This document shows positions 37,324-45,772 of a stretch of DNA of 61,784 bases, one piece after another. The DNA lies in NCBI GenBank assembly GCA_964621475.1, contig CAZUNC010000001.1, forward strand, positions 1-61,784, read 5' to 3'. This DNA is from an uncultured Defluviitaleaceae bacterium. GTDB lineage: Bacteria; Bacillota; Clostridia; Lachnospirales; WQUN01. Position numbers and translations under genes: made by a program. Position 1 is the first letter of the stretch. Each line of letters opens with the position of its first letter. The notes under the pieces are model-generated. The model saw only the letters and a program-made list of their open reading frames with translations. It did not search any database and had not been told where the DNA came from.

Positions 37324-38552
37324 ATATCTAACCTCTTTAACACGATAGCTGCGTTGTGGCCTCCAAAACCGATGGATATGGACATAGCCTTGTCTACATC
37401 GCAATTGCGAGCGACATTCGGTACATAATCCAGATCGCATTCGGGATCCGGCTCCTTGTAGTTGGCCGTCGGTGGGATGATGCCTGTCTCGATGGTCTTG
37501 GCTGCGACTATGGCCTCAACGCCACCCGCCGCACCGAGCATATGCCCGGTCATGGATTTGGTGGAGCTCACAGGTACCTTGTATGCTATGTCACCGAGCG
37601 CAGTTTTAATCGCTAATGTCTCAAGCTTATCGTTCGGCGGTGTGGATGTACCATGTGCGTTAATGTACATATGTTCATCAGGCGTGATGCCCGCTTCGCG
37701 TATTGCAGCACCAATCATCCGTGCCGCACAGGATCCGTCCGGACGCGGTGCAGTGACATGGTATGCATCGTTGCTATGCGCATAACCGCTAATTGCGCAG
37801 TAAATCTTTGCACCTCGAGCCTTTGCCCTCTCGTATTCCTCAAGCACGAGTATACCTGCACCCTCACCGATTACAAATCCGTCACGACGTTTATCAAATG
37901 GCATCGAGCAATTTTCAGGATCATTCGTTGTAGATAATGCGAGGCAGTTCGAAAATCCGGCTACAGAGATCGGTACGATGGCGGCCTCAGCACCACCCGT
38001 AATGATCGCGTCGGCGTAACCATGCCTGATCGCATGAAACGCCTCACCGATCGCATGTGTGCCGGTCGCACAGGCCGATACCACAGGTAGGTTTGGTCCC
38101 TGAGCGTTATATTTAATCGCAACAAGTCCGGACGCGATATTTGCTATCATCATCGGGATAAAAAACGGTGAAACACGACTCGGCCCCCTTGTGCTCAACA
38201 TATCCGACTGGGCACTGAACGTACTGATACCGCCTATACCCGAACCGATATACACACCGAGCCTCTCGGGTTCTATGTTTCCGATGATACCGCTCTCCTC
38301 AACTGCCTGTGTAGCCGCAGCCATGGCATATTGAGCATACAGGTCTGTCTTTTTGATCTCACTCTTTGCAATATATATTTCGGGATTGAAGTCCTTTACC
38401 TCGGCTGCGATATTCACCTTCATTTCAGTGGTATCGAAGCGCGTGATAGGACCGAAGCCGTGCTTGGCGTTTATAAGGCTCTGCCAGAACGACGAGACAT
38501 CGTTACCGACAGGTGTCACACAGCCCATCCCGGTTATGACTACTCTCTTCAT
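37320..38552 (-). CDS. fabF: 3-oxoacyl-ACP synthase II
   Basis: Active-site Cys in VVSACATG, His residues in NAHGTST and TGHMLGAAG. ATG 38552 is 8 nt after GGGGGT; the track GTG start is 38558. Confidence 0.9.
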   Translation of the reverse strand: MKRVVITGMGCVTPVGNDVSSFWQSLINAKHGFGPITRFDTTEMKVNIAAEVKDFNPEIYIAKSEIKKTDLYAQYAMAAATQAVEESGIIGNIEPERLGVYIGSGIGGISTFSAQSDMLSTRGPSRVSPFFIPMMIANIASGLVAIKYNAQGPNLPVVSACATGTHAIGEAFHAIRHGYADAIITGGAEAAIVPISVAGFSNCLALSTTNDPENCSMPFDKRRDGFVIGEGAGILVLEEYERAKARGAKIYCAISGYAHSNDAYHVTAPRPDGSCAARMIGAAIREAGITPDEHMYINAHGTSTPPNDKLETLAIKTALGDIAYKVPVSSTKSMTGHMLGAAGGVEAIVAAKTIETGIIPPTANYKEPDPECDLDYVPNVARNCDVDKAMSISIGFGGHNAAIVLKRLDI

Positions 38553-39286
38553 GTACACATACCCCCATCGACCCTGATAACCTCGCCTGTAATATACGCC
38601 GCCGCGTCAGATGCCAAGAAAGACACGAGTGCGGCTACCTCTTCGGGCTTACCCATGCGCTTTAGCGGTATCATATTTGTGGCGTTGTCCTTTACCGACT
38701 GAGGCAAGGCCTCTGTCATATCTGTCTCTATAAAACCCGGCGCGACCGCGTTGCAGGTCACGTTCTTTCCGGCAAATTCTCTTGCGATGGTTTTAGTTAG
38801 GCCGATCATACCGGCCTTTGATGCCGAATAATTGGTCTGGCCGATGTTACCGGACAGACCGCTTACCGAAGTGATGTTGATGATCCTACCTGCGGGCGAG
38901 CGCATGATATACCGCGACAGATGTTTTGTGAAATTGAACGCGGACTTCAGATTGACGTTTAACACATCATCATAATCCGCTTCGCTCATACGCAGTAGCA
39001 GATTATCCTTTGTGATACCCGCATTATTTACGAGTATATCCACACCGCCGAATTCCTTTGCGATTTCCTGGCATATCTGGCTCGTTTGCTCAAAATCCGC
39101 GACATTACAGCGGTAAGCCTCAGCCTTTACACCTTGTGCTCGCGCTTCAGCACAAACCGCGTCTGCTGCTTCTGTATTGCTTGAGTATATTATTGCTATA
39201 TTGATCTGCGCCTCGGCGAGCATCAACGCGATAGTTCTGCCGATGCCGCGTGAGCCGCCTGTGATGACGGCTGTCTTATTTCCCAT
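38549..39286 (-). CDS. fabG: 3-oxoacyl-ACP reductase
   Basis: SDR motifs TGGSRGIG, NNAG, YSASK. Confidence 0.9.
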   Translation of the reverse strand: MGNKTAVITGGSRGIGRTIALMLAEAQINIAIIYSSNTEAADAVCAEARAQGVKAEAYRCNVADFEQTSQICQEIAKEFGGVDILVNNAGITKDNLLLRMSEADYDDVLNVNLKSAFNFTKHLSRYIMRSPAGRIINITSVSGLSGNIGQTNYSASKAGMIGLTKTIAREFAGKNVTCNAVAPGFIETDMTEALPQSVKDNATNMIPLKRMGKPEEVAALVSFLASDAAAYITGEVIRVDGGMCT

Positions 39287-40184
39287 CCGACACCTCCGCG
39301 GTTGTATGTAGCGCGTCCGAGTAGCTGCAGACGCGTACGCTGCTGTCTATTTTCTTTATGAGCCCGGACAAGGTCTTGCCCGCGCCCACCTCTATAAATG
39401 TATCAAAACCGTCCTGTACCATGCTCTCTATCGTTTTTTGCCAGAGCACGGGATTATTGATCTGTTTCGGTAAATAAACCTTCGGATCACCATATAACCC
39501 CGCTGTGGTATTAGCGTAGACGGGCATCTTTGCCGTACCAAAACTCATATCGTTGACGTACTCGCGCATCTTGTCAGCAGCTTCATCCATGAACGGACTG
39601 TGAAAGCCACCGCTAACCGCGAGCTTTAAGCATTTGCCACCGTTGTCGGCTACAGCCTGTATCAACGCTGCGGATATGGAGGCCTTACACGCGACAACGA
39701 TCTGACCCTCGCAGTTGTAGTTCACGGGATATGCCGCATCGAGTGTCTCACACATAGCATTGACCGTATCGGCGGACAGCTTCATCACTGCAAACATCTC
39801 ACCATCCGTTTTCATAGCGCATTCGTGCATAGCACGCGCGCGAAAGCTTACGACGTCAAACGCTTGCTTATATTCGAGTATACCTGCATATGCGAGGGCC
39901 GGTAGCTCACCGAGTGAAAATCCCGCGACACCGCTGGCAAATATACCACGTTCATTCAAAGCTGCGGCACATGCAAGATCCATCGTAAACATACACGGCT
40001 GCGTGTTTAATGTTATATCAAGCTGATCCTTAGGGCCGTCGAAGCAGAGTGTCTTTACTGTGTCACCAGCTAAATTGAACACCGCCTTCGCGGCTGGGGA
40101 GGAATCGTATAGATCCTTGCCCATGCCTACGGCTTGACTGCCCTGACCCGCAAAGACAAACGCTATTTTATTCATTGTATCCAT
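39276..40184 (-). CDS. fabD: Malonyl-CoA:ACP transacylase
   Basis: FAGQGSQ, active-site GFSLGE. AAGAGG lies 7 nt upstream of ATG 40184. Confidence 0.9.
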   Translation of the reverse strand: MDTMNKIAFVFAGQGSQAVGMGKDLYDSSPAAKAVFNLAGDTVKTLCFDGPKDQLDITLNTQPCMFTMDLACAAALNERGIFASGVAGFSLGELPALAYAGILEYKQAFDVVSFRARAMHECAMKTDGEMFAVMKLSADTVNAMCETLDAAYPVNYNCEGQIVVACKASISAALIQAVADNGGKCLKLAVSGGFHSPFMDEAADKMREYVNDMSFGTAKMPVYANTTAGLYGDPKVYLPKQINNPVLWQKTIESMVQDGFDTFIEVGAGKTLSGLIKKIDSSVRVCSYSDALHTTAEVSDGK

Positions 40185-41116
40185 TTTGTTGCCTCTTTCA
40201 TGATTGCTTCGGCCTCTGCAAACATCTCATCAATGATCTCGTTTGCGCTCTGTTCACGCTTCACGAGTCCAGAGATCTGCCCGGCCATAAAGCAACCGTC
40301 CTTTTCATTTCCGTCCACGGCGGCCTTTAACGCGCCCGCCCCCATAGCCTCGAGCTCGTCGTTGCTTACGGACGCGTCATATTCTTTAGAAAAGAAATCC
40401 CTCGAGAACGCCGTTTTAATCGAGCGCACGGGATGACCGAGGCGCTTACCCGTGGCTATTGTATCTATATCCTTGGCCTTTAAGACCTTGTCCTTGTACG
40501 CTTGGTGAATGTTGCATTCATGAGCAACGAGAAAACGTGTACCGACCTGTACGCCCACAGCACCAAGTGCAAACGCGGCGGCTATGCCTCTGCCGTCACC
40601 GATGCCCCCGGCTGCGATAACGGGTATCTTTACGCTGTCACAGACTTGCGGTATCAATGTCATCGTCGTGAGATCGCCGATGTGGCCGCCGCTTTCACCG
40701 CCCTCGGCGATAACAGCAGTCGCGCCCCCGCGCTCCATGAGCTTAGCGATCGCACAGGAAGGCACGACCGGTATAACCTTTATACCCGCCTCGAGCCACG
40801 CTTTCATATATTTGGATGGGTTACCCGCGCCCGTTGTGACCACGGCTACCCTTTCCTCTGCAGCAACGGCTGCGACGGCGTCCGCATGAGGGCTCATGAG
40901 CATGATGTTCAAGCCGAAGGGCTTAGAAGTCATGGTTTTGCAACGTTGTATCTGCTCTCTGACGTATTCAGCCGGTGCGTTTCCGGCTGCTATGATACCC
41001 AAGCCACCTGCGTTGCTGACCGCAGACGCAAGTGTGGCATCGGCTATCCATGCCATTCCGCCTTGAAAGATAGGATATTTTATATTTAATAATTCACAAA
41101 TCGGTGTTGTGATCAT
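40172..41116 (-). CDS. fabK: Enoyl-ACP reductase II (FMN-dependent, NPD family)
   Basis: 314 aa. PIFQGGMAWIADATLASAVSNAGGLGII and GESGGHIG motifs. Positioned inside the fab operon. Confidence 0.85.
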   Translation of the reverse strand: MITTPICELLNIKYPIFQGGMAWIADATLASAVSNAGGLGIIAAGNAPAEYVREQIQRCKTMTSKPFGLNIMLMSPHADAVAAVAAEERVAVVTTGAGNPSKYMKAWLEAGIKVIPVVPSCAIAKLMERGGATAVIAEGGESGGHIGDLTTMTLIPQVCDSVKIPVIAAGGIGDGRGIAAAFALGAVGVQVGTRFLVAHECNIHQAYKDKVLKAKDIDTIATGKRLGHPVRSIKTAFSRDFFSKEYDASVSNDELEAMGAGALKAAVDGNEKDGCFMAGQISGLVKREQSANEIIDEMFAEAEAIMKEATKWIQ

Positions 41117-41316
41117 ATCTTCTTCATCAAATCTCCGATGGTCTTGATCTCCTGATCCATCTCGATCGTAACACCAAACTCATCCTCGAGCTTCATCACG
41201 AGTTCTACAGTATCGAGCGAATCCAATTCCAGATCAGCAAAGGACATTTCCTCTGTCACTACCAAAGCATCGTCACTCTTATACTCGCGTAAAACATTCT
41301 GAATACGTTCCAACAT
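41113..41316 (-). CDS. acpP: Acyl carrier protein
   Basis: 67 aa. Phosphopantetheine site LELDSLDTVELV. Confidence 0.9.
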   Translation of the reverse strand: MLERIQNVLREYKSDDALVVTEEMSFADLELDSLDTVELVMKLEDEFGVTIEMDQEIKTIGDLMKKI

Positions 41317-41352
41317 AAATAAATTCCTCCATTTTTTATATTAAGAATACTG

Positions 41353-42309
41353 TTATTCCCAAACCATTATGCATGTGCCGTATGTAAGCCCGGCACCGAA
41401 TGAACACATTAATAGTGTGTCTCCGCTTGTGATGCTGCCGTTACCAAGCAGTTCATCTAATAAAAACGGAACAGAGGCCGAAGACATGTTTCCGTATCTG
41501 TCGATATTAATCGGAAACTTCTGCTCGGGCTGAGCAGCTCGTGCGCGTATGCTGTCAACGATGCGCTTATTGGCCTGATGCATGATAAAGTAACGCACAT
41601 CGTCCGAGCCGATGCCGAGCGCATTCATTGCCGCATCAATCTCTCGTTCGGCGGTCTTGACTGCGAACTTAAATACCTCCTGCCCATCCATAAATAAGAA
41701 CTCCTGCGAATGCTGCTGCTGTGAGTATGGGCTGTTTCCGACAGGGCTATTCAGTGTCAGGGGCTTTGTGCATGGCTGTGTGCCTAAACGCAGATACCTG
41801 AGCGCGTTGCCGCTGGACAAGACGCATGCGGCCGCTCCGTCTCCGAATAGTATGCAGTTCTTACGGTTTGTCCAGTCCACATGCTTGGACATCATATCCG
41901 CACATATGAGCAGGATATTCTTAGCCTTGCCGGATGATAGATACAGCGAGGCTGTTTCGAGCGCATATATAAAGCCCGTGCATGCAGCATTTAAATCGAA
42001 TGCTGGGCAAGACACGCCAAGACGCTCTGCTACACAACACGATAGAGACGGGGTTATATAGTCACCGCTTAGAGTGGCGCAGATAATGAGGTCGATATCT
42101 CCAGCCGTGAGTCCGGCCTTTCCGAGTGCTATGTTGCACGCGGTTTCGGATAGATCGGTTAGGCTCTCGTCGACGCATACATACCGGGTCTTTATTCCGG
42201 TCTTGGATATGATCCATTCGTCGTTTGTTTCGAGAAACTGGGATAGATCGTCATTGCTTATCTGCTTTTGTGGTAGTGCTGTTCCGGTGCCGATTATTCT
42301 GATACTCAT
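41353..42309 (-). CDS. fabH: 3-oxoacyl-ACP synthase III
   Basis: Cys in DLNAACTGF, His in MHQANKRI, Asn region GNMSSASV, SFGAGLT. Confidence 0.9.
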   Translation of the reverse strand: MSIRIIGTGTALPQKQISNDDLSQFLETNDEWIISKTGIKTRYVCVDESLTDLSETACNIALGKAGLTAGDIDLIICATLSGDYITPSLSCCVAERLGVSCPAFDLNAACTGFIYALETASLYLSSGKAKNILLICADMMSKHVDWTNRKNCILFGDGAAACVLSSGNALRYLRLGTQPCTKPLTLNSPVGNSPYSQQQHSQEFLFMDGQEVFKFAVKTAEREIDAAMNALGIGSDDVRYFIMHQANKRIVDSIRARAAQPEQKFPINIDRYGNMSSASVPFLLDELLGNGSITSGDTLLMCSFGAGLTYGTCIMVWE

Positions 42310-42331
42310 TATTTACCTCATAAGCAAAATA

Positions 42332-42373
42332 TTAGTTTAGCTAACTAATATCACAAAGTCATGTTTATGTCAA
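42332..42373 (-). promoter_or_regulatory. fab operon promoter with an overlapping 17-bp palindromic operator
   Basis: Minus strand: TTGACA (42373-42368), 17-nt spacer ending TGa, TATTAG (42350-42345). Inverted repeat TTAGTT-TAGCT-AACTAA at 42332-42348 overlaps the -10 and +1 region. Confidence 0.55.
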
Positions 42374-42438
42374 TAATATTCGGAATATTACATAGACGGA
42401 TTCGTAGAATTGTTTTATCATGTGCGCGGGTGAAATGA

Positions 42439-43182
42439 ATGCTAAACATTGCCATAGTTGACGATGAAGTCATACAGATTGAGTTGCTAAGCGAAATGGT
42501 ATCCGAGTGGGCTCACAGCCGTGCGAACACGGTCAACGTGGAAACCTTTAACGGATCACAGGGTTATCTGTTTTCGGAGACGGCGTTTGATATATTACTG
42601 CTGGATATACAGATGAACGGGCAGAGCGGTATAGAGCTCGCGAAGCACATACGCGAAACGGACGAGCGTTTAGTCATTGTGTTCATTACGGGTCTGGATG
42701 ATTTTATATGCGAGGGTTATGAGGTGTCGGCCTTGCATTATTTGATAAAACCCGTAAAAGCCGAGAAATTGATAGAGGTGCTCGACAAGGCGTGCCAGAG
42801 ATTGAAGATCGCAGACAAGACGCTGCTGCTGGAAACCGATGACGGGATAGTGCGCGTACGGCTCGCTGATATTGTGTATATAGAGGCATTCGCGCATGAG
42901 GTAGTGATACATATGAGTAAAGCACAGGTCACGATGGGTAAAGGAACTGATATATACACAATCAAACGCAATATCGGACACATAGAGGATGAGCTGAATG
43001 CCCTCGAGCAGGGGATGTTCGTGCGCTGTCATCGGTCATACATCGTGGGTATCAGGCATATCAAACGTATCATGAAAAGCGATGCTGAACTCGATAGCGG
43101 CGAACTCATACCGCTGTCTCGCCGCATGTATAGCGATGTGAACAGGGCATTTATAGAATATTACAAGGCGCTACGAAAGTAA
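42439..43182 (+). CDS. LytR/AlgR-family response regulator (REC + LytTR DNA-binding domain)
   Basis: REC motifs IVDDE, LLDIQM (phospho-Asp), FITG. C-terminal LytTR pattern (IVYIEAFAHEVVIH..., FVRCHRSYIV). Confidence 0.85.
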   Translation: MLNIAIVDDEVIQIELLSEMVSEWAHSRANTVNVETFNGSQGYLFSETAFDILLLDIQMNGQSGIELAKHIRETDERLVIVFITGLDDFICEGYEVSALHYLIKPVKAEKLIEVLDKACQRLKIADKTLLLETDDGIVRVRLADIVYIEAFAHEVVIHMSKAQVTMGKGTDIYTIKRNIGHIEDELNALEQGMFVRCHRSYIVGIRHIKRIMKSDAELDSGELIPLSRRMYSDVNRAFIEYYKALRK

Positions 43183-43204
43183 TTACAATATAACGGAGGC
43201 TGCA

Positions 43205-43891
43205 ATGGGATTGTTTTCGTGGATACTCTCCCCGATCATTGATAAACGCATAGCGGAATTTCAAAGCGACCTTATGCAAAAGCATATAGCGGAAGTCGAG
43301 CACATCTACAGCCAGATGCGCGGATGGCGGCACGACTATCATAGCCACATACAGGCGCTAAAGGCCCATATGAAGTTCGGACAATATGAGGAGATCGAAG
43401 AATACTTAGATCATTTGGACAGTGACCTTATGAATGTAGATACTGTATTAAAGACCGGAAATGTAATGGTCGATGCGATATTAAACAGCAAGATATCGCT
43501 CGCACTCGCAAGACATATAAGCATTACCGCAAAAGCCACGGTGCCCAGACAGATGAGCATATCCGAAATCGACCTGTGCGTAATCCTCGGAAATCTTATC
43601 GACAACGCAACAGAGGCCTGTCAGCTACTACCTAACGAGGCTGATCGTTTCATACGCATATACATAGACACGATGAAGGACAATCTATACATATCGATCA
43701 GTAATTCAACAGGCGGTGAGATCAAAAAATCCGGTAGGAGTTATATATCCACAAAGTCACAGCCCGGGCATGGCTTCGGACTCATGCGCATCGACAAGAT
43801 AGCGCAGAAATACGGTGGTTATATCAACCGCCAGAACGAGGAAGGCGTGTTTGCCACAGAGGTACTCTTACCATTCGTGTACGAATCATAA
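43205..43891 (+). CDS. GHKL-domain histidine kinase of the AgrC/LytS (HPK10) type, lacking any transmembrane sensor domain
   Basis: 228 aa. H-box WRHDYHSHIQ, N-box LGNLIDNATEA, G-box GHGFGL. There is no hydrophobic segment long enough for a TM helix. Only 22 nt separate it from the regulator gene. SD GGAGG. Confidence 0.75.
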   Translation: MGLFSWILSPIIDKRIAEFQSDLMQKHIAEVEHIYSQMRGWRHDYHSHIQALKAHMKFGQYEEIEEYLDHLDSDLMNVDTVLKTGNVMVDAILNSKISLALARHISITAKATVPRQMSISEIDLCVILGNLIDNATEACQLLPNEADRFIRIYIDTMKDNLYISISNSTGGEIKKSGRSYISTKSQPGHGFGLMRIDKIAQKYGGYINRQNEEGVFATEVLLPFVYES

Positions 43892-43932
43892 CCATTCGTG
43901 CACGATTTTCATTTTATGTAAAACGTTATGAT
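43870..43932 (+). promoter_or_regulatory. Candidate LytTR operator (9-12-9 direct repeat) plus activator-dependent promoter of ABC exporter pair 2
   Basis: ACCATTCGTGTACGAAT (43870-43886) and ACCATTCGTGCACGATT (43891-43907) are 15/17 identical with exact 21-bp periodicity. The 9-mer ACCATTCGT fits the LytTR consensus [TA][AC][CA]GTTN[AG][TG] at 8/9 positions. TATGAT -10 at 43927-43932 with a poor -35 (GATTTT). Confidence 0.55.
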
Positions 43933-43960
43933 ATGCTCTGTTTAGTCAGGGGGAATGGTG

Positions 43961-45772
43961 ATGAAAACAAATATCGCACTTGTGAGGAATATCAAGTATG
44001 TGTTTGGGAACATTTGGAGGTGGGATAGGGAGGTATTGGTCTTTGTGACATTGCAGGCTGTGATAGGTGTAATGCTGCCCGCGTTTGGGATATACCTGCC
44101 GAAGCTTGTGATAGATATGGTGACTAACCATGCGTCGCTATCTCAGTTGGTGATTATTTTGTCCGGGTTTACGTTATTGATGGCAGCGGCCAATTTCATT
44201 CACCGCTATGCGATATCAAATGTCAATACCTCAGCGATGTCCAATCGCATGCAATACCAGCTTCTGCGAAATGGAAAGCTCATGGACTGCGACTATGCTT
44301 TTATCGAGGGTACGGAGGGACAGTCATTGCACCGCCAGCTCAATAATGCCGTTATGCAGGAACGCAGCGGACCGCAGATTATCGTACGCTTGCTGCCGGA
44401 ATTCGTTGCGGGTGTGTTGGGATTCATGTTATACGGCTCGCTGCTTACATTCTTAAATCCTATCGTATTAATGCTACTGATACTCACATCACTTATAAAC
44501 TATGCGGTATTAAACCGTGCGACGCGCTGCAGAGAGAGCTTTCGCGAGGAATACAGTACGATCATGGATAAATTCACGTACTTTAACTTCAAGGTTGCGG
44601 ACTTTGCGAGTGCGAAGGATATACGGCTTTATAACATGAAGCCGTGGTTTATGTCTATGATAGATGCGTTACTCAGGCAGGATAGGCAGCGCCTCGTTAA
44701 GATCGCGAGGTTCGAATTTGCATACAACATCTCGGACGCGGTCGTTTTACTGGTGCGTGACGGTGCGGCATATGCGTTTCTTATCTGGTATGTGCTGACC
44801 GGACAGATCGGTGTATCGGACTTTGTGTTGTATATAGGTGCGGTTACGGGCTTCGGTACGTTCGTAAATATGATCGTAAACAATTACATTGAGCTTGTGC
44901 GTGGGAGCCACGATATAGATGCGATACGGACATTTCTTGAGAAGCCAGATAAATCAAACAGGGGAGCAGGCAAGAGTTTGCCTACCGCGAGCGATTTACC
45001 GATTTCCGTGGAGTTTTCGCATGTATATTTTCGTTACGAGCCCGATGGGCGATATGTGCTCGAGGATTTCTGTCTAAGGATTGAAAAGGGTGAGAGGCTT
45101 GCAATCGTCGGAGCAAATGGTGCGGGTAAAACGACCGTGGTGAAGTTGCTATGCGGATTTTACATGCCTGAAAGCGGAGAGATTTTGATAAACGGCACTC
45201 CGATATCCCGTTACAACCGAGATGATCTGTATACATTGTTTTCGGCGGTGTTTCAAGATATGTTGGTCATGCCGCTTTCTATAGCACATAATATTGCAAT
45301 GAACAATAGTATCGACCGTGAGCGCGTGCGCAAATGTATAAGTGATGCGGGCTTAAGTGCGCGGTTACCGGATATCGACGCGCAACTCACAAAGATAGCG
45401 GATCCAAACGGGATCGAGCTTTCCGGCGGGGAACAGCAGCGTCTAATACTCGCTCGGGCTTTATATAAGGGTGCGGCAGTGCTTGCGCTCGACGAGCCAA
45501 CGGCTTCACTGGATCCGATAGCGGAGAGTGACTTGTACATGAAATATCATGGCTTTTCAGAGAACAAGACATCGATTTATATTTCGCATCGCCTCGCGAG
45601 CACAAGCTTCTGCGATCGCGTCGCATATATCGAGGACGGGCGTGTTGCTGAGCTAGGCACACACCGTGAACTAATGGAACAAAATGGTGGATATAGAAGG
45701 ATGTTTGATATACAGAGTTATTACTATCGCGATGGCCTGTCAGAATGCGAGCAGGGGGAGGTGGCAGTGTGA
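43961..45772 (+). CDS. ABC exporter half-transporter (pair 2, subunit A)
   Basis: GANGAGKTT, LSGGEQQR, VLALDEPTASLD, ISHR. 6-TM N-terminal half. ATG 43961 is 6 nt after GGGGGA. Paralog of 21798-23630. Confidence 0.85.
   Translation: MKTNIALVRNIKYVFGNIWRWDREVLVFVTLQAVIGVMLPAFGIYLPKLVIDMVTNHASLSQLVIILSGFTLLMAAANFIHRYAISNVNTSAMSNRMQYQLLRNGKLMDCDYAFIEGTEGQSLHRQLNNAVMQERSGPQIIVRLLPEFVAGVLGFMLYGSLLTFLNPIVLMLLILTSLINYAVLNRATRCRESFREEYSTIMDKFTYFNFKVADFASAKDIRLYNMKPWFMSMIDALLRQDRQRLVKIARFEFAYNISDAVVLLVRDGAAYAFLIWYVLTGQIGVSDFVLYIGAVTGFGTFVNMIVNNYIELVRGSHDIDAIRTFLEKPDKSNRGAGKSLPTASDLPISVEFSHVYFRYEPDGRYVLEDFCLRIEKGERLAIVGANGAGKTTVVKLLCGFYMPESGEILINGTPISRYNRDDLYTLFSAVFQDMLVMPLSIAHNIAMNNSIDRERVRKCISDAGLSARLPDIDAQLTKIADPNGIELSGGEQQRLILARALYKGAAVLALDEPTASLDPIAESDLYMKYHGFSENKTSIYISHRLASTSFCDRVAYIEDGRVAELGTHRELMEQNGGYRRMFDIQSYYYRDGLSECEQGEVAV

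Noticed and set aside
37324-37440. 5' extension of accB (39 codons, MRSGLCTECRSQLRC...)
   Set aside because: It lies inside the fabF coding sequence. ATG 37323 has an SD and the ATGA coupling typical of this operon, and the extension has no BCCP similarity.
40502-41089. 195-aa and 101-aa plus-strand ORFs inside fabK
   Set aside because: They are antisense to a well-supported FabK gene within a tightly coupled operon, and they have no start context.
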